The position numbers and the translations under genes were made by a program. Shown in pieces: positions 54,811 through 64,000 of a DNA stretch of 64,000 nucleotides. Location: the NCBI GenBank assembly GCA_016748015.1, contig JAAOMT010000003.1, positions 1,549,365 through 1,613,364 on the forward strand. The letters are read 5' to 3'. This DNA is from Geosiphon pyriformis uo1. Taxonomy: Eukaryota > Fungi > Glomeromycota. A model generated the notes under the pieces. The model did not search any database. It was not told the DNA's origin and saw nothing but the letters and a program-made list of their open reading frames with translations. Within the stretch, counting starts at the first letter, position 1, and each line of letters begins with the position of its first letter.

Positions 54811-56147
54811 TTAGGTATTTCTTTTAATATTTATTTCCTTGGCTTTTGTACTTGATGATATATTAACATTTGGCAAAGGATGATTCGGCTTAACTTGTAT
54901 CGTCTTAATCAAAGAATTTAAGGTCCTGCTTTTATAAAATGCCTGTCGATGAGGAGCTTTTGAATTTTCCGGCTCCTTCGGTTGGAATTCATAGACATCT
55001 CGATGCTCGGGATGGTTTTTATCCAAAATTTCTGAAAACAGATTTTTTAAGTGTTCAGCAGTTGGTCTTTTTCGTGGATCCGCAGCCCAACATTGTTGCA
55101 TTATATTGGAAAAGAATTTTGGAATGTTTTCTTGTATTTTTGGTCGAAGGCCATTACATATTTCTTGAATTAGATTTGCATCATGCTTTTTATGACAAAG
55201 GTATCTTTGTATTGAGCATGCTTCCCATACCAGGATTCCAAAGGAATAAATGTCTGAAAATTTTGATTTATTATGATTATATTTTTATATTTTAAAAACT
55301 TTATCTTATATTTGTAAATTACATACCAGACGCTTGAGTAAATGGCTTCCCTTGTAGAACTTCCGGTGCAATATAAGGAATAATGCCGAACACATCCTTA
55401 CTTTTATTTCGTTCCTTTTCTGTACGACACTGGGCGAACCCAGTAATCCATGCCCAATTAGTTGCCGATAGCATTATATTGCCAGGATGAAGGTCACAAT
55501 GAACCAATCCTTCTCCATGAACACTTTTTAAGCCGTCAATAATTTTGAATAACATAAAAGACGGTAATTTCCAGGCGTAGTCGTTCATTGTTTTGTCCGT
55601 CATGCATGGCATTACTAAAATAAAGTTTCTCGTAATTGGATTCTGGGACAAACCGAAGCATGGTATTATAGCATTTCCACTTAGGCAAGCTGATTTTTCA
55701 ATCTTGATTCATTTTAAAATATTTTCTTTTGAGAAATATGAAAAATATGAAAATACATACTAAAAATAAAAGGACAAAAATACATACCTCATTAAGAATA
55801 GCATCCCCAATTTTACTTGAGTTGAAGATTTCTTTTAAAGAAACCATTTTCTGTATCTCCCCGTTATTCTTACTTTCGTTTGAATAAAACAAAATTATCT
55901 TTTCACCGCACTCCCAATTTCTTACACCTTGCGTGATGAATTGAATTTTTTGTAATTTTTCGAATGGAATCCATTGAAACCAACGACCATTTCGTTTCTT
56001 CAACAGTTTTCTTTGAATTTCTTGGAGAAGGTTATCAATTTGTGGAATTCCACTCTGGTGAATTGGAAAGTCACATGGGGGACATACTGGTTGATTTATT
56101 GGCAAAAGATTTTCGCATTTAGGGCAAATTGAATTGTTTGGAGACAT
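54811..56147 (-). CDS. Tyrosine-kinase-like protein kinase, probable pseudokinase, ~392 aa; exons 56147-55788, 55702-55327, 55253-54811
   Basis: In-frame splicing; N-terminal CxxC-x10-CxxC, QWIPFEKL, VSLK, FGLSQNP, VHCDLHPGNIM, VFGIIPYIAPEVL, SDIYSFGILVWE, MQQCWAADPRKRPTA; DFG position reads GFA. Confidence 0.9.
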
Positions 56148-57844
56148 TTTATCTGAGTTTCTTATCAAAGCTAGTGTTTTTTTTTGAAATTGATTTTCGA
56201 AAATTCGCTGTAAATATTATATACCAAGTTAAACAGAATAGTTGGAAGGGTTTGGATTGTAACAAAAAAAAGATCTCCCAATATGAATACCTTATATGCA
56301 TTTTCCATAAAAATCGTTTTGTTTGAAATAACGTTGTGCCACATTGAACACTAAAGGTGAAGTATTATCAAGTCCACAGAATTCTTTTAATACTAATTAA
56401 GACTAGCAGTTTATTTAATTTCTGGAGATAACTTTCAAAGAAATGTTGGATATATTACGTTCCAAAGAGCTATAATCTTATTCTTAACATTACTACTAAC
56501 CTAATTCGAGGATTTTGGTCAATTTCCATGAAAAGGTTTTCTAGATTTTTTAGCACAGTTCTAAAAGCTGGAAAAGATTATTCTATTCCTTGCTCATGTG
56601 ACTGAGAAAGTTAATCATTTAAAGTCCATCACTCAACCAATTTAAATGAAATGTAATCTGAATGACAATTGGGAACGTGAGCAACATGTCACCGATATCT
56701 TGTTTTAATATCTTAAGATGACAACAATTGAATTGCATTAGAAAAAAATTCAATCCGGGTGGAATACTTGCCTTCTTTAAAATTGAACATAAACTGCGTT
56801 TCAACTGCACAACTTTATTTATTTCAGATTGTTATTATTATTGAATCTGTAAAAACAACAACATTGATCCGCTTCTCTTTTTCATAACTCAAATCAAGTT
56901 TAAGCAATTTTTTAGTTTTAAAAGTTGATGTATCTTTTAAAGAGTTTTTGCCATCCAACATTGTTCATCCATATGACACATAATGGAACAAATTGTAAAC
57001 TGTGGTAAAAGTAGAATTTAAAGAAATATGCCTTATAAGATTTATATAAACTTAAGAATTAGAATAAATAACATTATAAATTCACTGTCAACAATAAGTT
57101 TAAATAAGATATTTTTTATGATATTAAGTTAAATAAATAAATAAATTGAAAATTATATTTCCTAAAAATAAGAAATTTGCATGATAATCATAATTCCTAT
57201 TCAAAGATATTTTTAAAACTAACTTTTAGTTATTGACTTCAACAAATATTTCAAAGTTTTATAACACTTAATTAATGAATTCTAAAGTAATACTCAGTTA
57301 ATATATAAGATACTATTTAAATTAAGGAGTTTATAAAAATGTTATTTTCAAAAAATATCATCCCTTTTGAATAATACTAAAAAAATTTGACTCAACATAA
57401 TTTGAAGTTTTTGAAATACGCTTTTTTCTAAAAATATTATTTTTTATCAAGAAAATCTTCGATTATTTACATTATATATTTTTTAAAAGTGTAAAAAAGA
57501 TATATTATAACTTTTTTGCAAATTATTCCTTTGTTCTTTATTCACAACTTGACAAGAGAATTATCAAAGCTCCTTTAAATTTCCTAAAGTAGAAAAGGTC
57601 TAATTTTTTAGAATTCTTTAAAATATTAAAAAATAATTTAATATGTGAATTTTTATAATATAAAATATAGTTCAAAAGCGGATTAAATGATAATTCTTTC
57701 CGGATTTAGAACATTCCTTATTGGGTAATACTCTTGGTAATCTTAAATGAGATAATTTTTGTTTCTTCTCATTTTAAATTATTATAAAAGAATAGCTATC
57801 TTAACGTCAGTGACATTGTTATGTTGACTTGAAATAATTTAATC

Positions 57845-59167
57845 ATGTTACATAAGGGGGAAATGTTTTACATTTTGAAAATTTTTTATAAATTTCATAT
57901 ATTATTAACAATTTTTTCATTATTTTTACTCTATTCTTATAAAATTTCCAATAAATTTTTTTTTTCAATAATTTCAAAATCAACATCTGAACAAAATTAC
58001 TTTTCAAAAAATTTGAATCAAAATTTATCCAATTCTATTTTATTTCAAAAACGAAATAATTTACCTTTAAATTCAAATGAGGGACGTTTTATTGGCCAGA
58101 ACGCTAAACTTAATTTAACCCCAAATCAACAAGGATATACCGACCTAAAACTTTCTGCTTTCTATGCTAGCACGGCCTATTGTTTCCACAAAAAAACACA
58201 CGAGATTGCTGATGGAGTTTATGGTAAGGTTTAGATTTTTTTCTTCTATTATAAATATGAATATCAATTGTATTATGCCAAAAATATTAACAATTTTTTT
58301 AAGCAAAAGCTCAGATTATTCCAGATGAATTTGGTAAAAAGGTCATTATGGTATCTTTTAAGGCAGATTTTCCTAAAACCTCTGAAGACTGGAAAAACAA
58401 AATATTCAAATTCGATTCAAAATTTGCTGATGTAAATGGTGCAAATTTTGATTCGGAATTTTATGCAAGATATAAAGCTTTCCAAGAGAAATTAATGTCA
58501 AAAATAATACCAGTTTTAAAAGAGGCTGAAGAACTTGGACCTGATATTGTGTCTACTATTCGATTTGTTGGTCATGGAATGGGGGGAGGTTGGTCACAAT
58601 ACTTTTTTAGATATATTATAAAAATATTGAGAAATTCTTTAGTAATTATTTTTTGTTATAGTTTTTGCATATTTAGCGGGATACCATATGTCTTTGCCAT
58701 CAACTAATCCCTTCAAGAATGTGATACATACTTTTGGTCAACCTCGTATTGGAAATCTTCAATCCATACAATCAATGCTTGCTAAAAAATTATCTGTATT
58801 CCGTGTTACGCACATGAACGATTATCTACCTCGTCTTCCAGAAAGTAATGCATTTTTGCATCCTCCATTTGAAATTTGGATTGAATCAGATTGCAATTGT
58901 TCATCTAATAAAGGTATTGACAAGGCTTATCTTTGTTATGGCCCCATTGACACATTAACTTATACTTATACTGAAAGCAATGTAAGCATAAGAGCAAAGT
59001 TTTTTATATTTAATATGCATTTTTTAAATTTTTAACTTATCAAAATTTTCTAACGGTTTATTAAGGAATGCATTAATGCACAACCTCTTAAATCTAAAGT
59101 TGCACATCTGGGTCCTTACTTTCAGCTTATGATGGGAGAATGTCCACACTTAGAGTTTGAAGAATAA
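57845..59167 (+). CDS. Class-3 lipase-like protein C (GHGMGG), ~361 aa; exons 57845-58223, 58304-58588, 58662-58981, 59066-59167
   Basis: In-frame GT..AG splicing; AYC, VSFKAD, FVGHGMGGVFA, TFGQPRIGN, RVTHMNDYLPRLP, EIWI, HLGPYF..MGEC. Confidence 0.92.
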
Positions 59168-59199
59168 GTGTGTATACTTTTAAAATGATCAAAACTCTT

Positions 59200-60850
59200 T
59201 AAAATTTTATAAAAATTAATAATTTTTTTTTCATTAATCAAAATGATTAAATCATTTATCATAAATCACACTTTGTAGTTAAGGAATAATTTGATTCGAT
59301 ATTGGCTTTTCATCATTTATTAAAGTATTCTATTAAATCTTCATATTTTATAATTTCTTTGATAATTCATTGAAAATTTCTTAAATAACTGGAAAACATC
59401 TATATTTATTTTCCCTAGTATGTTAAATTATTCTAAAAACTTTCCAATAAAAATATGCCCATTTAGAAATTTAAAGACTCTGTTTATTAGATTGATATTT
59501 CTTCTGAGCTATTTTTACCAATAATTCTACTATTTTTGAATTGAAATCTATTAAAAATTTATTTTGTTAAGATAAACTTCAAGCATTACATTGTAGCTAA
59601 AATCGAAAAAATCTAATTAAATTTTTTAATAAAAATATTTCAAATTTGTTTTAAAAGGCAAATAATTTTACTGTTCAAGTTAAATTCTCAATATAACAAT
59701 TGAGTTTTTATCAAAATTTTAACGAAAACACACTTTATTTTATTTTATTTTATTTAAACTTGATAATAAAATTTGAATTAAATATATTTATTTTTAACAA
59801 AACTTCAATTGAAATTGTTTTTGAAATTGGAAAATTTTCAGATCAAAACATTGAATTATCCTATATCTTTTTAGCCAATATTTCATAAAGAATTAAAATC
59901 TTTAATATTCGGTTATTTCCCAACTATTTATCAGCTTTACATTATAATTCATTTAAAGTTAAATCCTAAAAAGTTTTTGAGATATATGTTTTATCAAGAT
60001 TTCGAAAATTTTAAATTTTTTGTTTCTTACTAAGAAATTTTCTATTATTTGTAAAAACCATTGAATGTTGAGAATATTATATATTATATCAAAATTCTAA
60101 TGATGCTTTCATCTTTAATTCTGAAAAAATTGTAATTGATTATCCCAATTAAAATTCTGATAGACTTTTGATAGCATTAATTTTTTAAACAGATTTTCCT
60201 GATAGCTGATTTTTGTCAAAAAATCATTCTTATTTAAATTTCCTAAATATTTCAAGTATACATATATATTAAATTATTGAATATAAAATTAGTTATTATT
60301 CTTCGGGCTTACTAATTCATAACATAATGTCAAAAATAAATATTATTTGCAACTTTTTAAATATTTCAATTGCAGAATTTAAAAATTTTCAATATAAAAA
60401 AACCTAATAATCAAAAGTTAAAAGCTTAGGCCTAATTTCAAAAAATAATACAAAATTTTTAACTTAATAAATCTGAATTTTTCACAAACAAATAATTGTT
60501 ATGAATAAATAATTGCTTAAATTGATAATCATGAATTTTTTCAATATATAATATTGCTATTCAATTATCATTTTAGACATTTTTTTATATAAAATAACCT
60601 AATTTTGTAATTTCTCAAATAATTTATTGCTGAGAAATAAAATATAGATTTACATATTTCATTTGATATTGATGAATTAATCTCAAGTTTTGAATCATTA
60701 TAATTTATTTATAATTTTAATTAAATTGATTATTATTTTAACTTAGTTTTTATTATATTAAATTTATATTAATTAGAATATTAAAAAAATTGCTTCTTTT
60801 ATTCCCAAATATTCAGGTATTTAATTTTTCTTCTAATCATGCTTTTTCAT
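59200..60850. mobile_element. Decayed AT-rich element relic between lipase-like genes C and D
   Basis: Composition and CpG loss only; family unassigned. Confidence 0.35.
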
Positions 60851-61461
60851 TTCCTAATTTATGGTGGAACTTAAAGTCGAAAGCTTTTGGTTGAGTTGCA
60901 GGTTTTAGACAAATTTTAATTTTTATAAATTATTAATATAAAAGTTTTGATTTGGTTGCCATTGGTATTTGGAATGGTATGATTGCATTTTTACTTTCAC
61001 AGGAATTGGTGTATTTTGCGGGTATACATATTAATAAAAATAGATTGTAAAATCTCATGAATTTCATGATAAATTTCGAAAATGACTTCGAATTCATCCT
61101 ATCGTTATTTGCAAACAAAGAATGAATTTATTGGCTTGCAATTTACTATCTATGAAAATATTTGGCAGCTATACATTTTAAACACTTAACAGTTTATCCG
61201 GTTAATATAGAGTTACTTAATACTTTATCTTAGAGAATTATATTGCATTGGGAAATATTAAATGTTGAGATAGCCAAAATTTGAATGATCTTCAAATTCC
61301 ATACTGGGTCATTGGCCATTCGAAAAAAGATCCCTTTTTTGAGGTAAAAGTTATAAAAAGAAGGATTGAAAATTTCAAGTCAATAAATAACAGTACTCGA
61401 ATAATCAACAGGATTTTCTCTAAATGGATATTGAAATATATATTTTTTCCGTAAGAAAGCC

Positions 61462-62918
61462 ATGATTCTCAATCACTTTAGGGGAAAAAAGAAAGGGTTC
61501 TTTACAAGACAAATTATATTTCTTTTCATCCTTATTCTAGCTACTCTCGAAATTCTTATCAATAAAGTTGAAAAATATTACTTAATTGGAGCAAAATTAG
61601 CTGAAAATAGATTAAATTGGTCAAATAATCAAGACTTTTCCTATTTGTGGCCAGAAACACTCCAAAATAATAGAACTTTGAGTAAACGTGAATTAATAGC
61701 AGCTGGCCCCTCAAGAGGTTTTGGTGGCAGATCTAAAAAAATTCCTCCTAAAACACTAGTTACAGATCCGGAGATAATAAATTTATTAAAAACGATGGCT
61801 TTCTGGGCAAATATGCCGTATTGCACTCCGAACCGGAAGGTTGCAAAAGATTCCCTGGGAGTAATTTGTAAGGAACATCTCTTTTTCAAGTTTGTAATTA
61901 TTTGATTCAAGGAAAAAAATTTTAAAGCCTAAACTTTAATATTAAAAACTTTTTTTTGCCATGAAAAGGTGATATTTCACTACAAACAATAGAAAAAAAG
62001 GAAGGAATAGTAATATATTTCCGTGGTTAGTTTTGTAAAACTTCTCATTGAATTCACTATAATTCCAGCTTCAATATTTTTTTCTTCAAATTAAGGACCT
62101 GAACTTACTAGAAAGCAATGGAATGATAGAAAATTTAATTTAGACTCGGATCGTAAAAAAGATTCTTGGCCGGTAGATTCTCAATGGAATGAAGTGACCG
62201 ACGGTGCCGTGGAAGGAGTGTTAAATGGAATTAAATACTATAGTTCCGAATTTACTGGCGATACGGTGTTCACATATTTTACAGGCCATGGAATAGGAGG
62301 GGGTAATGTTGTATTTAAATTTGTGCAAATATAATAAAGTAAAATTGATTTTTATGTTTTTTTGGATTATAGTATATGCTCAATATATAGCTAATATACT
62401 TGCAACGATGTCGGAACGCAAGAGAGTTGGTAAACATCTCGATGGTAAAAATATGGAAATCACAGTTGTTACATTTGGACAACCAAGAGCGGGAAACTTT
62501 CAATACGCAGAGCGTGTAAATGCCCTCATGAGGTCGAAATTTCTCAAAATCTATCGCGTGACTCACTCAAATGATCATGTGCCACAGCGACCATATTTAA
62601 AATCGACTTCAAAGCCTTGGTTCCATACCGATCGAGAATATTGGATTTCATTGAATTGTAATTGTTCGCAAAAAAAAGCGCCTGAATATGAACTTTTTGA
62701 ATGTCCAGGATATTCTAAAGCTGATTCTGAAAAATACGGAGAAAATAAGGTAATTCCCTCAAGTTATTTTTTTTCGAAAGTTTGACTTTATATTTATTTT
62801 ATGATAACTTTAATAGGAATGTAATCTTGGTACTGACGGTGCAAGTAACACAGCTAATTATGGTCCATACTTTGGAATCACTTTTGGAAAATGCGATGGG
62901 TTTTTTCCATTGAATTAG
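61462..62918 (+). CDS. Class-3 lipase-like protein D (GHGIGG; catalytic His also replaced by Asn), ~382 aa; exons 61462-61867, 61969-62025, 62096-62302, 62373-62749, 62817-62918
   Basis: In-frame GT..AG splicing; PYC, IYFRGP, FTGHGIGGVYA, TFGQPRAGN, RVTHSNDHVPQRP, EYWI, ANYGPYF..FGKC. Confidence 0.9.
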
Positions 62919-63159
62919 TTGGTCTTAAAATCTAATTAGGCAAATTACTAATAATAAGATAATAACTCATATAAGTAGATTTTTAAATATAATAAATACA
63001 AGCTAGTTGCAACACTCCTGTAATTTACTATTAAATAAAAGCTAAATTAATTTCGCATTTGAATAATTAATTATTTCTCTATAATCATTATGATTAAAAC
63101 TTTTTTTAATACCTATTATAGAGAAGTTTTATTGAAAAAACTTAATACTTTAACACATA

Positions 63160-63530
63160 GTCTAAAATACTATCTCATAATTGCAAGTTTTAAGGGTAAC
63201 TTTGATCACGATAGTAGGCAAGCCTTTCTTAAGTTGATGCGACCAATTGTTGCTCATATCAATGTCTTTTATGAAGTTTATTCGATTGGATATGGAGCTG
63301 GTGCGGGATAAGTGATATTACCGATAGTTTGCTTTTATAATAAAAATTCCTCTCAATCAATCTTATCTGCTATCTGGCTTTCAATGTTAGCTTACGCGGT
63401 TTTAACAGCACTAGCCCTCCCAGAAACTATCCAAATCCCCCGACCTGAAATTCCCAACGCTTTCACATTTGAAATCTCTAAGATATTTTGCAAAGCACGC
63501 AGGAAACTTAATAAATATTTAGCAAATAGA
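63160..63530 (+). pseudogene. Truncated class-3 lipase-like pseudogene (IGYGAGA)
   Basis: IIASFKGN...SIGYGAGA, broken donor GATAAGT at 63307 at the family's conserved intron position, acceptor then AYAVLTAL...AFTF; N-terminal exon and C-terminus not found. Confidence 0.65.
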
Positions 63531-64000
63531 TAACTAAATTATCTGTAAAACCTTCTGTTCATAGCTACGAATAAATTGAGTAATGGGTCACCAATGCGGT
63601 TTAACGTAATCGGGTCTTTATTTTTAAGTGTTATTTAGGGTTTTCAGTGAAGAATCAGAATACTCTATTATTACGCACCCTCACATAATGATTATGAAAT
63701 GCTTCAAAATTTGAAAAATCCACATCTCATAATTGATCTTGCATAGACTCTTAAATTATAAGCGTAGAGTGGGTTATTTTTTAGTATATGTCTTACTTTA
63801 AATAAAGCTTTTTCTGATTAAAATCACTAAAAACGTGAAAATCATTCTTTAAGCGGCTGATTTTGAGATTGCTCAGCTCTATATTTGCCTAAGGAAAAAT
63901 TTTTTTGATTTGAGAAAGATATTTATTGATCGATCACATGATGTTATCCATTTTCTAAGAAGTATAAATTATTTATTGTTCACAATCTTAAACAACGAAA

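Noticed and set aside
44660-62301. GHG motif as a splicing, sequencing or editing artefact
   Set aside because: Codon lies within the exon upstream of the conserved intron, recurs in all copies on both strands, and GGA/GGG cannot reach Ser by one change.

Overview
Eukaryotic, very AT-rich, intron-containing fungal DNA. The gene mix (Sel1 repeats, BTB/POZ, tyrosine-kinase-like kinase, many class-3 lipases) and the hyper-AT decayed transposon blocks point to Glomeromycotina; Geosiphon pyriformis is my best guess, by inference only. I hand-spliced or read directly 10 apparently intact genes: Sel1-repeat protein, PH-domain protein, Ser/Thr-rich membrane protein, BTB/POZ protein, a prokaryote-type (COG1926-like) phosphoribosyltransferase with 5 introns, a probable pseudokinase, and four class-3 lipase-like genes. 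There are also pseudogenes (3 lipase-like, BTB, Sel1/kinase), a Tc1/mariner relic, extremely AT-rich TE graveyards and microsatellites. Main result: all four intact lipase-like genes have Gly instead of the catalytic Ser (GHGxGG, not GHSxGG), and one also lacks the catalytic His, so they look like a selected, fast-turnover family of secreted or anchored pseudo-lipases. Second result: an unexplained ~0.75 kb GC-richer island without a long ORF at 16.05-16.8 kb that folds into abutting hairpins and looks like an unannotated ncRNA or small-ORF locus. All splice models and folds were done by eye.
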